From NCBI GenBank assembly GCA_028023455.1, contig JAQFVV010000007.1, positions 2,728,001 through 2,792,000 on the forward strand: a DNA stretch of 64,000 bases. The letters run 5' to 3'. Shown here piece after piece: positions 27,823 through 40,481 of this stretch. This DNA is from Epiperipatus broadwayi (lineage: Eukaryota > Animalia > Onychophora). Under the pieces are notes generated by a model, which worked only from the letters and a program-made list of their open reading frames with translations, was not told the origin of the DNA and ran no database searches. Made by a program: the position numbers and the translations under genes. The first letter of the stretch is position 1. Each line of letters begins with the position of its first letter.

Positions 27823-27900
27823 TATCTTTTTTGCATGTGTGTGGTCATGTGTATCGAAAGGATGGCTGAAAGAAGCTTGAAAGTCTGTGTTCAAATTCCC
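27823..27900 (-). mobile_element. Partial copy of the MITE at 40350-40481
   Basis: ggatggctgaaagaagcttgaaagtctgtgttcaaattccc-TATA matches the MITE TIR. The internal part matches in reverse orientation. Confidence 0.75.
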
Positions 27901-28689
27901 TATATATATATTTAACCTTACACACACATATATATATTGAAGTTATTTTAATAACTATAAAACTGCTGAACGTAAACAGTTTATAGTGTCTGCACACTCA
28001 TTCTCATACATGTAGGTATTTACTTGACCAAAAATTAAAATAAATTGGAATAAATGGTTTACTTCTTCATAAGTATTAATTTAAGGTTGTTCATATATAA
28101 AATATTAAATTCATATTTTCAAATAATTGCTATAGCTTTGATTATTTGACTATGATTGTTTTATATATAATGCTTAGCTCCTTTTTTTTTTTACTTTTAT
28201 AGCATTCAAGTGATCTCTTAGAAAGAGGATTTATTGACTGAGTCTCCAGATATTTTTTATCAAATATTGGTCAGTGTTTTTTATCTAAATCTTGAAAAAA
28301 CATTTTTTATTATTACCATAAATCTTAAACATCTTAAAAATATTGTTATATAATTTTTTTAGTATTATGCATTTGTGTTAGAGAAAGATATTTTTAACTC
28401 AAAATTAATCGAATCTACACTTCAAATATAAATCACACCTCATATTAAAAGAGTACTCACAAGAATAGCTTAAGGAATTTATGAATTTTTATTTTATTGT
28501 TTAATATTTTTCTTATAAAAAGATTATTATATATATTCAAAAATTACTTAAATAATAAAATATATTATAATAAATATTAGCAGTTAACCCCAAACGTAAA
28601 TTGATTAATAGTACTTGAAATAAATAACTATAGTAAGTATTAATATTTTTCAGGTTTTTTTATTGATTAGTCTCAGAATCAAAATTTAT

Positions 28690-31043
28690 CTTTATGAAAT
28701 GGAATAAGATTTATTATAAATAAAAAATAAAAGAACAATATAGAGATGAGTGGTATATCAGATAGAGTGGCAAAATTAGTTATTTAATTTTATGGAAGAT
28801 ATGTTGTTGGTTAATTTGATTATGATAAATAGAAATGAAAGAAGTCACTGAAGAAAAAAACTTTATGTAATGAATTCTTGGGGGGGGGGGGTGCTAAAGG
28901 AAATGAATATGGAAGTATTCAAATGAAGGTACAGCAGAATTGGATTAGATTTTGACTAACACATAATAGGTATTTCAAGACTGTAATGTTTTTTATAAGT
29001 CTGACATAGGAAATGATCAATCATCATTTAATGAGATGGAAGATAGTATTATTGCAAAATTAGAGAGACAAAAATTATTTAGATAAACAGTATTTATAGT
29101 TGATATTACTAACCTTCAGAAACATTCCAATGAATTTAAATTACAACTTGAAAATCATTTTAAAATATGAACAGATTTTAAAGTTGATGCAAATTTGAAT
29201 GAAATTAATAGAAAAATAACTGACCACTATTAAAAACTGCAGCATATAAATCTGGTATAAAAAAGTAGCAATCAACCAGTAAAATTTCTAGCAAGACAAG
29301 GCAATTTCTGAATAAAAAAAGGAATATGAAAATATATAAAGATGACCATTAATAAAAAATTAAATATCTAGAATTTTATAAAATGGTAAATAATGATATA
29401 GAAAATATGATTGTGAATTAGCAAAGAAAGCTATTGAAAAGAATAAAAGTATTAAAATGTAAAACAACATTTTGGTATTGGGAGGAAACTTTTAACTCTC
29501 AATAAGAAGAAAATATGGAACTATCATTAAAAAGAGGGATAAAACCATAAAATGTGTAGAAGAGTTTTATAAAGAATTATACAAGAAAAAGTATTTCTTA
29601 CAATTACTACATCCCGAATTATGAGGATTTTAAATAAAGGAGACATGCAATAAAATCTATAGAGAAGAAGAAAACTCCCAAGTAATGAAGGTAAATAATG
29701 GAATTAATGTCCATATCTTAAAAGAAGCAGGTGAAGAACTAGAAATTTTTTTGTCAAAGTTATATACCAAATCTCTAAATGATAAAAATTTACCAGCTGA
29801 TTGGAAGAATGCCACATTAGTGTTAATATTTTAAAAAGTGATAAAAAGGATATTAGATATTACAGACCTAACTATCTTTTATCAGTTGTATACAAAATTT
29901 TTATCAAAATAATTACAATTTTTTTATGAGGTTTTAACCAACTGAAATAACAAATTGGACTTAAAAATGATTTATCACAGTGGGTCTCATAGAACAACAA
30001 ATATGAGTTGGCATTAAGCTTTCAATTTTTAATTATGAAAAAGCATTTTATTCTATAAGCATTTCTTCAATGATTAAAGCATTGTAACACCAAATTATAG
30101 ACTCAGAATATTATCATATTCTGAAGAATATTTATCAGAATGCAAGAGCAATGATTAGATTACATATGTTTTATTAGAAAAAATAACATTGAGAAGGATA
30201 TAAGACAGGATGACTCCATATCTCCAAAAATTTTACTGCAGTTTTATAATAAATATTTTATGGATTAAAATTAAAAGGTGAGAAAATAAAATAAATGAAA
30301 ATTATTTAAATCGTCTTGACTTTGCAGATGATAGAATTGTGTTTGCAAATAATGCTTCAGGAAATGTTGCAAGAGTTATCAGATAAAAGTAAAAAAATAG
30401 ATTAAATGTAAATACTAAAAAACCTGAAGTAATGTTTAATGGTTTTCTCAACAAAAAAAAGAAAATAAAGATTGATAATGATGAATTAGAAAAAGTAATT
30501 ACAAATAGCTTAGTCAGATTATTAATACAGATGGAAATGTAATTGATGAAGTTAATCACAGAATTAAGTTTGGAAGGAATGTTCTTAGTAGAAATAATTT
30601 AATATTAAAAGGAAATGTGCCTATGGGTTTGAAAATAAGGGTGTTTGATGTGTTTCACCAGTTCTTACTTATGAATTTAAAACTTGAACAGTTATCAGAT
30701 GAGCAATACAGAATTTTCAAACCACTCATTGAATTATGGAACATAAGCCAGAATTGAAAACTAAATAGTTGGATAAAAGAAAAAACAAGTATTGCTGATA
30801 TCATTAAAAGAATAAAATGACTAAAATGGAGCTGGGATGGCAATTGAAATCTTAAACTGGATTCCAAAAAATTTCTAAAGACCTAAAAAGAAACTACATG
30901 TGAGTTGGATGGATGAAATAAAAAGTGTGCTGAGATAAAAATATGTAAAAGAGAGGCCAGAGATCACAAAAACTAGATTAAACTTGGAGAGATCTTTAAT
31001 CTGCAGTGGACTGACAATAACTGGAATGGTGATGATGATGATG
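28690..31043 (+). mobile_element. Older, more eroded RTE LINE, same family as copy 1
   Basis: Nucleotide similarity to 2790-4896 (cagatagagtggcaaaattagttatt; cttcagaaacattc.aatgaatttaaatta; attacagacct; tccatatctccaaaa; tttgcagatga). (GAT)n tail at 31031-31043. Confidence 0.88.
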
Positions 31044-33154
31044 TCAATAAATTCTGTAAGATAATACTTGTGTATAAACTTTTCTGCAGGAATCAAAGAT
31101 TGGACACTGCTCGATGCATTTTTTTCTTTATTTTCAACATATATGTTGATTTTTTATAGAAAAATCTTATGCAAATAATAATTATTTTATAAAAATAATA
31201 ATTCAAATATTGTGTCAACAAAGTGAAATCAAGATTTAACTCATTACTAAGCTTATTTTCAAAAATGCAAACAATTTATCCAGAAATCTATTTATCATCA
31301 CTATGATTCATCAGTTGATCCAAGTAATGTACCCATACCCAGATATATACTGGAGCATTTTAAATATATAATCAAATATGTTAATGTGAGTTTTACAGAC
31401 ATAAAAATGAAGCATATACAATTTTTTAGCTTTAAAAAAAAAGTATGCACTCACACATATTGTATATATGCCCATAAATATTAGCTTTCTGGTGATTAGG
31501 ATCATTTTACAGAAAAAATAGGAATAATGTATATGTTAAATAACAGACTGAGTTGTTTACGTAATAGGACAATATATATATAATCGAGACAAAACATTGC
31601 CTATCAGTGAATATTGTTAGCCAAAGCTTACACAACTCTGGAGTGTAGTTTATATCATTTTTCTTTAAAATAATATTATAACATTGATTAACCTTTTGCC
31701 TCTAGAAAATACAATAAAACGCAAAATTATTTCAATTTACTAAATTAGTATATTCTCAGAGGATAAAGCCATTAAATGGTATCCCTTTTTAAAACTACTA
31801 TTTTACTTTGAAAGGCATCTTATAAACTTAAAAAAATAAAATCCGCAAAAAAGTCTTTTTTTAATATACCAAAGACTGGCACTACTTTTTAAGCCTCCCG
31901 AGAGAAATCAAATTAACTTTAAAGAAATAATAATGATTTTCTTTACTTGGAAAAAAAAAAAATGTTTTTTTTTCTTTTTATTAGATTTAAATTAATTTGA
32001 TTTACTCAAAAAAGCTTTTTACACGATGAAATCTAAAAGCATTTATAAAGTAAATTTCTAACTTGCAAATTCACATTTTGGTTATTATGTCCCATATTTT
32101 AATTCTTTCGCAAACTCAGTTTAATAAAACAGTGATCATTTTCAAACTATCATGAAATAATTTATTTATGTAAATTGTATCTATTTGCATTGATTCATGT
32201 TCAATACTTTATATTTTACTATTGCAGATTATTATAATAAATAGCCAATATACTATTTCTTATGAAATTCACAGAAAAAATATTTATTCAAAATCATTCA
32301 CCAGATATATAAATGTATAGGTAAATTATGCGCTTAAAATTTGAAGATGTGTGACTACATGTGAAGGCTGTATCCTATTATAATCCTATTTTTAATGATC
32401 CAGTGTATTAGCATTTAATATTGGTACTGTACTTATCTAACCAATGTAGGCTAATCTGAGATCTTTATATTTTAGTCTGTGAAACGCATTCATTGATCAA
32501 TATTGAATGGTCAGCTGGAGTGATCAAAACCAGCTGCTGAATAAAATCCTAAAGTTTGCTTAAAGGTTCTCAGCTTGCTAGAAAAAAATCTCCAGTTTAA
32601 AAAGACTGATGCATAAACACAATAAGATTCTTATACATTGCATAATATGTATTCCCATGAAGATTAATTTCTTCTTCTTGGCAGAAATAATTGAAAAAAT
32701 TAATAATCTTTTCAAATTTTATCTTGAAATTATTTTTTTTTATTTTGAGGCAGATTTTTACTTTGTGTTTTTTGTTTATCCTATAAACTTTTATATTTCA
32801 TTTCAATTAATTTTAAAAATAAATTAAATTTAAAATGATACTTTTAAAATGTATTTTGTGTGCTGGCATTGTATACTGGGGTTTATAGGTAGAATTTTCT
32901 TTATAAGTATAAATTTTGCCTTCAGTCGGAAAATATTATTTGATATACTTAATGATTCCATTGCAAATATAATTGAAATTTACTATAATTTAGAATTTGT
33001 TTATTCTCGACTAAAAATTACAAAAATATATTTCCTAAATTATAATAGTATTTATTGCAACATAAACTATATAAAAATGTCCGGAATAATTAAAAGATAA
33101 TTTTTTTGAATTATTTGATATTGGCAACTTGTACCAACTTTTCAATAGTTGTAG

Positions 33155-33156
<2 letters not shown>

Positions 33157-33231
<75 letters not shown>
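33157..33231. repeat. (TAA)n microsatellite, ~25 units
   Basis: Directly visible. Confidence 0.98.
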
Positions 33232-33232
<1 letters not shown>

Positions 33233-35288
33233 GAAATAAGTTTTTAAAATTATATTATGACTTAATTATAATTAAATTTGATTCTATCTGCTTATTTGAT
33301 AAAATTGATCGAAATAGATTTATTGAAATTAAATGAATAATCATAATATAAATTTTACATTTCATTTGACTCTTTTTTTAGATATACTTAAAACTTCTAT
33401 TCCAACACACATTTTTAAAACAAATTGTAATAATTTGATACTGATTTTATTTAACTAAAGACTGTGGTTTTTCAAAACAATTTTTAACTTTTATATTTAA
33501 ATATTTTAATAAACGCTGACATGGAAGATTATTAGTAAAGTTTTTAATGGTCAACTCTTTACTAACACAATATCATTATTTTTAAATTCTAAATCTCTCT
33601 GTGTATATAGGTAACATTTTTAGTGCAATTTCAATATTAAACGTACTCTGTTGTGTCTGTGTAATACAGTAATTATTTTTTTTTTATTGTTTTAATTAAA
33701 TTTGTCTTATGATTACCCGGCTTCTATTTACCCAATGTATTTGAAACTAAAATTATAAAAGTTATTTGCCCTATTTATTATAGATACATATAATTATTGA
33801 CTTTTTAACTTGAAGGATTTCAAGAGCAAATGATTTCTGGAGTAAATACAAAATAAAATTACTTTGGTCAATTGAATCAAAGTGTTGCACCAAATCACTT
33901 TAGTTGTCAACTAGTATAGGAAAAAGTTTTCTTCAACACACCCTAATAAAAAATAAAAAAACAGTTATGGAGAAGGCATTTCTTATCCAGTTTGACAACT
34001 GCTGGGTGAAAAGGGTCTAAATATTTTTTCAGCTGCTAAGAATATCTAGATACTTATTTCTGACTACAAGTGGCTGGTGATCTGGGCCAGCTACCTAAAA
34101 ACTTAAAAAATCCTAAATATGATTAAAACTTCAAAGAATGTTCAAATTCTATTCAGTCAAGTTTCAATCTTACATTGGGAATATAATAAAAACCTTTATA
34201 TTAAAAAATATTTTTAAAAAAGAAATATTTATGTTTTGTTTTTTTTATCTAATACGTATATATAGTTTAATTAAGTTTAAGAATATACCCATATTTAATC
34301 ATTTTACTAATGCATATAATTTTTTATAAATTATAATTTTGTATATTTATTATTAATGTAATATTCTTTCTAGTCATTATGCAAAAGTTATACAGTAATA
34401 ATATTAAAGAGAATATAGTTGTTTAATTTTATATTTTTAACTTTTTTAAATATATATATATAAATTTAATTAAACGTTTTATAATTAAGCGGAATTATTG
34501 TTATTATATTTGTAATAATTATCTAATTTCAATGAATAAAAGTATTTTTGTATTGACGTGCCTGCGATAATTATAATCTTAACTTTGGGTTATTATTTTT
34601 AAATAAATTTAGCAACTTCACTAAGGTTTTGTCTGTAAAGTGCAAATTATTCTATTGTTAATGTTCTGAAAATTAAATGCAGAGCAGGGTATCCTGCGGG
34701 TCAGCCACCTGCAAGTAAAACGCATCACAGTGGCCGAAACATCAAACTGACCGCTGCAACCTGATCCTACGTTGCATCTTAACCATAAGTATATGCTTGA
34801 CAGACTGGCCAATATAAGAAATCGTTCTACCAAACAAAATATATGGCCGACGAAACTTTGAGTAGCTAACTATATTTATAAGATTAATTCCCCTTAATCG
34901 TAATATCCGCTACTCGCTAATATTTATTTCCCAATTTCTGTCAATTGTCTTAATTTTTATTGAAATATATATTTAAAAAAATGATTGATTATTTACAGTT
35001 ACAGATATTGATAATTAATATTTTCTTTTTAAACGTATTTCTAAAAATTCACACAAAAAAGGCAATTAATAAAATGGTGGTAGATCCTGCTGATGGTGAT
35101 TATAGTTTCTAATTATATAAAATTAAAATTAAAATATATACACATGCGCATATACATAATATAATAGAAATAAAGTCATTTTTTTCTAAAGCTAAAATTA
35201 AAATCTGAAACAATTTTTTTACATATATACACACATGTATACTCGAATCAAATTTAAATATTCAATTACAAATAATATGTCGACATAA

Positions 35289-35321
<33 letters not shown>
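35289..35321. repeat. (AAT)n microsatellite, ~11 units
   Basis: Directly visible. Confidence 0.95.
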
Positions 35322-35322
<1 letters not shown>

Positions 35323-36293
35323 GGTTTTTAAAATAAAGTTATTTTGAAATAAATCTTCAAATTAAAATTTTAGTCTTATTAGCAATTGAATGTTGCTTTT
35401 TTTCTTTTTTTAAAAAAAAACATTTTCATAAAATACTGACAGTTGTAAGTGAATAAAATTTAAATTCTTATTAACCGAATCTAATCTTAATCCCATGACT
35501 TCATGGACGTCAAAGGATAATAGCATCTTAAGCTAATTTTTTTTTTCTGGAAAACTTGGTGTGTTAGTTCTGCTAATATAATTTAAAACAAACTTCTTTA
35601 TATAATAGGCTAACATATTACTCAAGTGGCCGCCTTCTCAACAAATACACAAAAGCTTAAACGATAGTTTTGCTAAGCTAATTCCATTATCACGGCTTAG
35701 AAATCAATTAATTCTTTAACCAACTTGGCTTGATCTTTAGTGTTATTAGAAGTATAAAAATTAAACAATGGGTCTAGACCAAATAACAAGGCTAACTTAT
35801 TGCACAAAACTGTTAACTAGAGCATCCTAATTAAAAAAAAAAGAAAATTTTAACATTTCTTGGAGGATTTAACAAAAAGGTAAGAAATTTCTTTCTATAC
35901 AAATTACAAGACAATTTTGCTATATATCTATCTAAACAACGTGAAAAAAAAAGTCTAGCCCTTACTATATGCCGAAGGAAGTCTAAGGCCACACAAGGTA
36001 GCCAGGCCTGAGGCAATTGTCAAGGGTAGCACCTTTTAACTATTGAGAATTTAATCAAAAGTTGGATGAAAAATTCTCAACTCCAACCAATTTTAGGGTG
36101 GCGAGATGGGCGGTACTCTCTGATCTATTGTTAAGCATTTCTATAAAACTTTTTACGGGCATTATGTTTAGCGCTCTAGGCTTGATAATAGATTCTTGGG
36201 CCCATATTATTATTATTTCTTAATATGTTTTACACCATTATTAAAATAAAAATATCTTTTTAAAGTTTATGTGAAGACTTGTAATAATCTTAC

Positions 36294-36770
36294 CGTCTTT
36301 CTTGTCAGACAGGATGCCGTCTATGCTGTGTTTGTTGCTGCTAACTCTATTGTCCTTTTTTTCGCTATCTGAGCCTTCAGAACGCCGGCCTTTTCCTCTC
36401 AGAACCCGACTGATGGAGCTGACACTCGGAGCAGAATTGCGATCGCATATTCCTTCTTTTATTAGTCTATCTCGAATTTCCCAACTAAAAATTCCAGGAT
36501 TTTCTTCTTTAAATTCTTCGATGCGTTTTTCCACTTCAGGAGTGGCAACACGAGGTTTGCTTCCACCGATCACACCTGGTCGAATACTTCCCGTTTCTTG
36601 ATAACGGCAAAGAATTTTGCTCACACAACCATGGGACACACGTAGTTGTCGACTGATAACACACGGACGAATACCTGCCGCAGCCATCTCCACTATTTTC
36701 AGTCTTATATGATTGGGTAGCGGACGGCCATTGATGAAGACGCCGCCAAGTTGGTTGACACGGCCCTGGC
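36294..36770 (-). CDS. Pax3/7: Pax3/7 (paired/gooseberry family) exon: full paired domain + octapeptide
   Basis: Translates as (G)[80 protein letters not shown]...FSWEIRDRL...[12 protein letters not shown]...[13 protein letters not shown](G). Acceptor ...ctctgcag at 36771+, donor GTAAGA at 36293. 477 nt, phase 1 at both ends. Confidence 0.97.
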
Positions 36771-38544
36771 CTGCAGAGGACGAGCAGCAAATTGGTACTA
36801 GCAGTGACAGAGTTAAAGCATTACTTACATAGTAATACTACTACTATAATATATAAGATAATAAAAAAAATAATCCGATAAAAAGCTAACTAAAATACTG
36901 TAATTAAATTTAATTAATAAATAAAAGAATTTGAACAAAACATACAAAAACAACTCAGATCTTAAGTGCTGTTGAAAGGCTATGCTTAATTTATTTAATT
37001 TTTAAATTAAATTCAGACTCGGATCCTATAAACACATTTTTTATTGAAATTATTATAGAGTTGTTATTTAAATAAAGTTTTTTATTTTGGTTATAATTTA
37101 TATTATAAAAAATGGCCGATGCAGTTTAATTTAAAAATAAGCAAGTTTTATAAAACTAATTACGATTAGTTATTACGAATTTTATCAAATATCTTAAATT
37201 ATAATAAAATTTAAAAAATGTATTTTTTAAATATAAATAAAACTATTTTGTGAAGAATCAATTTGATCTAACAATATATAAATTAGTTATAAATTAAGTA
37301 AAACTAATTAGGAATTTCAACCTTTAAGAAGCGCGTCTGTATCCATGTTCACTTCTCAAGATGATTGAAGTCTATCCACCGCCTGTCCAGACTCAAAATG
37401 TCTTCTTTATCTTACTTCAGTGTCTACTTTATTACTCTCACAATGGATAGTAGGTCTTTGTTAATTACTGCATAATTAGTAAACTGTTTTAAAAAATTAT
37501 TGTCACTTTGATCAAACTTTCATTTCTTAAGCCTATTTGAATAACGTTTACATAGTAAAACTTTAACTTTGTTATTACTGATAATATTAAATAGATCAAT
37601 ATTAATTGTTCAATTAATTTCAATATCTACATTTCAATGTTATAAAAAAAAATTGATTTTATTACTGTTAAATACTGAATAATTGAATAAAATATTTAAT
37701 TTAGAGACCGCGCATTTTCTATTGTATTTGATTAGCTACAGTTGAATAGACAACATCTCTTTTAGATTGTATTTACAATTAAGATGCAATGGTTATTTAA
37801 TGATTATGATGAGATTATATGTTTTATATTTAAAATTTATTTATTTATTTATTCTAACAAACAAAGTTATAGGATCTCAAAAGTCTTTTAGTATATATAT
37901 ATATACAATATACATATTTATACACACACATGCAAATTAATTTCCATTTCTAAAATATATAGCATTAATAAAATGCACTCGATTTTAAATTAAATGACCG
38001 TTTAATTCATATTTATTAAAATGTTCAAAACTATTTCAGATTTATTACTATTACAATATTTTTTATATATTAAAAACTAAAGTGATAAGACTACGTAAAG
38101 AATGTTGTATAATTAAATGGCTGGTAATTAGAAACTACGATAATATATACTTTTTTAATTTTATATTTATTACCATATTTGAATGTAACTTTAGACATCT
38201 ATTACAAAAACAATGTAAAATAGTAAATGTAATTTTAATCATATACCACTGTTTTGCTAAAGTCAAGTTCATACTAATCATTTAACACTGTATTTGTGGC
38301 CTAATGCAATTTCAGCCAGCCGTTTCAAACAGTTTAATTTAATTATCGAGTTTGTTATTCAAAGCTCAATTCATTTCTTTACGCACTCTATATATTCCAC
38401 TCTAGTTAGATATTACCAAATTATTGTTTTTAGAAATTTTGATATTAGAAATGGAGGAAGTACATGCGATTAAGTAAAAACATAAGGCATACAAGTTACT
38501 GTGAAATGTGAATAATTTTGGCGTATATCTGCGGATAACTTTAC

Positions 38545-38596
38545 CTTGAAATGGGTAGCCCCCCGTAAAAATAGGTCGCATCCCCAACACGCTCAT
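38545..38596 (-). CDS. Pax3/7: Pax3/7 first coding exon (MSVLGMRPIFTGGYPFQ-G)
   Basis: ATG at 38596, donor CAAG|GTAAAG at 38544. Phase 1 joins in frame to GC CAG GGC of the paired-box exon, giving [16 protein letters not shown] as in insect gooseberry N-termini. The ORF-track start at 38629 is TTG, not ATG. Confidence 0.88.
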
Positions 38597-38639
38597 TCGT
38601 GTCCTCTGATTTTGAATGATCACTTCCAAAATATATAAA

Positions 38640-39300
38640 TAAATATATTAAATAAGTAATATAGAAAGAAATCCTTCGATTTTCAAGCAATATACAAGTG
38701 CTGCTGATTTGACTGTGCAAGATATTGTAAGCACAGCACAGCCTGCTTGAGAATTGGCTCTAAAAAGCCGGCGGGTACTTTGTTGGCAGACTTCTACCGC
38801 GTGATTGGACAACTAACCTGGACGTTATAGTGGAGGAGTTGCCAGGATGCCGCTAGTTTTTCAAGAATATCAAGTAGCACCCCAAGCAGTGATTTGTAAC
38901 GAGAGTGAGGACTGTTTAACTAGCCGACAATTTCAATTCTTTAAAATCAGTTAATCCTTCATTTATTGATAGATTAGACACATTAAAGTTGCTTGAGCTC
39001 TTAAGCTAAGTAATGTAATACGCGTGCTCAAAGTAGTTGCGCCAAGAACCAACCAATGAATAGAAGGTCCGCTAGCATGCTTGCTGTATTCACTAATTAG
39101 TAAAAGATTGTTTTGATAGTTTGCGTTTATTTAGAATCTAATTATTAGATATCAAAAAATATAAAGAATTTTATAATTGAAAAGATAAGCATTGAATCTG
39201 TAGGAAATTAAATCAAACTTTAAAAGTATATATAAAAAAAGTGCGTGACATTGATTGGGTGCGAAGAAATTAAATCAACAATCAGCTGATTAATATTAAA
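38640..39300 (-). promoter_or_regulatory. Probable Pax3/7 5' UTR/promoter region
   Basis: Locally GC/CpG-rich block immediately upstream of the ATG, with four CCAAT/ATTGG boxes (38753, 38804, 39053, 39254). TSS not determinable. Confidence 0.55.
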
Positions 39301-39929
39301 CAGAAAAGTTTAAAATAAAAAGTAATCGAAAACATAGAGAAAAAAAAACAAAATAACATTTAAGACACAAACGAAATTCTTCTTTTAAATATCTCATAGG
39401 TATATTATGAAATTATTTTCCACAAGCTAAATTGCAGTAGAATCAAAGGATGAAAAACTTTTTGAACGTATGTAGTACTTTTTCAGAATGATATATCTAA
39501 AAATAATGATTTGATTTTTACTGTATAACAAATACTGGTCCGATAAAAAAAAAAAAATCTTCATATGCATATATATACCCATTCTTATATATATATATAT
39601 CCACAAGCGCGCTTGTGCGCTTTTTTTTTAATGTATACTGAATATATAAGATGTTTTCTCCTGGACACACATTTACAATACATAATTATTTTTTTTTTGA
39701 CTGTGTTTTTGATTTCTCTTTCTTTTTAATTTATTCTATTTCTTTACAACTTTTTAAGGGTACTTTTTTATGTCTGTATTTATTATCTTATTTTATATGT
39801 ATTTATATTATAATAACACACCAATGTATGCAAAATGGCTATTTGTTTAATTCAAATGAGCCTCATATAAGGGCATTTTTAAAAAATTTTTTACATAAAT
39901 TTTCGCTTCGATCATAAATAGTTAGGATT

Positions 39930-39930
39930 T

Positions 39931-39969
<39 letters not shown>
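39930..39969. repeat. (CT)n/(GA)n microsatellite
   Basis: Directly visible, ~1.3 kb upstream of the Pax3/7 ATG. Confidence 0.95.
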
Positions 39970-39970
<1 letters not shown>

Positions 39971-40349
39971 GGTTTTAGAAAATTAACTATTTTTAAAAAA
40001 TTAAATTACGACACTACAACTTTACCAATTATCTTTTACTTCGTAAGTTTATTTATTGTTTGATTTGAATTTAATACTACTGTATTTTTCAAATATAGAA
40101 TATTAAAAAAAATATATTGTTACACTTATTTTTATCAAATAAATAAAATCCATTTCTGTGTACATTTGCAATTTTAATAATTCTGGGCAATACAATAATA
40201 AACATTATTGTTACTTCTAAATCTTTTTAAATTTAAAAAAATAAATAAAACTATAAAATCTTTTTATATATAATACTTATATAATTAAATTCGTCTATAC
40301 TCTTTTTTTATGTTTATAATTATTTTTTTCTACTTAATATATATATATA

Positions 40350-40481
40350 CGAGACTTGAACACAGATTTTCAAGCTCCCTTCAGCTATTCAATCGATCCC
40401 ATACAACCGATACACGTGCGCAAAAGATATGATATAGATTGGATAGCTGAAGGAAGTTTGAAAGTCTGTGTTCCAATCTCA
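40350..40481. mobile_element. Tc1/mariner-type MITE with ~44-bp imperfect TIRs
   Basis: gagacttgaacacagattttcaagctcccttcagctattcaatc pairs with gattggatagctgaaggaagtttgaaagtctgtgttccaatctc. Termini TA|CGAG...CTCA|TA. Confidence 0.82.

Noticed and set aside
34621-34833. 70-aa minus-strand ORF / possible next Pax exon after ttttacttgcag
   Set aside because: A phase-1 continuation hits TGA after two codons and shows no Pax-like sequence. Kept only as a candidate enhancer.
36241-36293. C-terminal [16 protein letters not shown] of the 150-aa ORF
   Set aside because: Read-through past a consensus GTAAGA donor into AT-rich intron; not treated as coding.
36302-36790. Antisense ORF 36302-36601 and alternate-frame ORF 36536-36790
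   Set aside because: Shadow frames of the GC-richer paired-box exon, with no independent protein signature.
36771-36828. Perfect GTAAGT donor 58 nt upstream of the paired-box acceptor (possible mini-intron)
   Set aside because: The upstream sequence is low-complexity AT-rich with no in-frame ATG or convincing acceptor, and the ATG created by splicing is out of frame.
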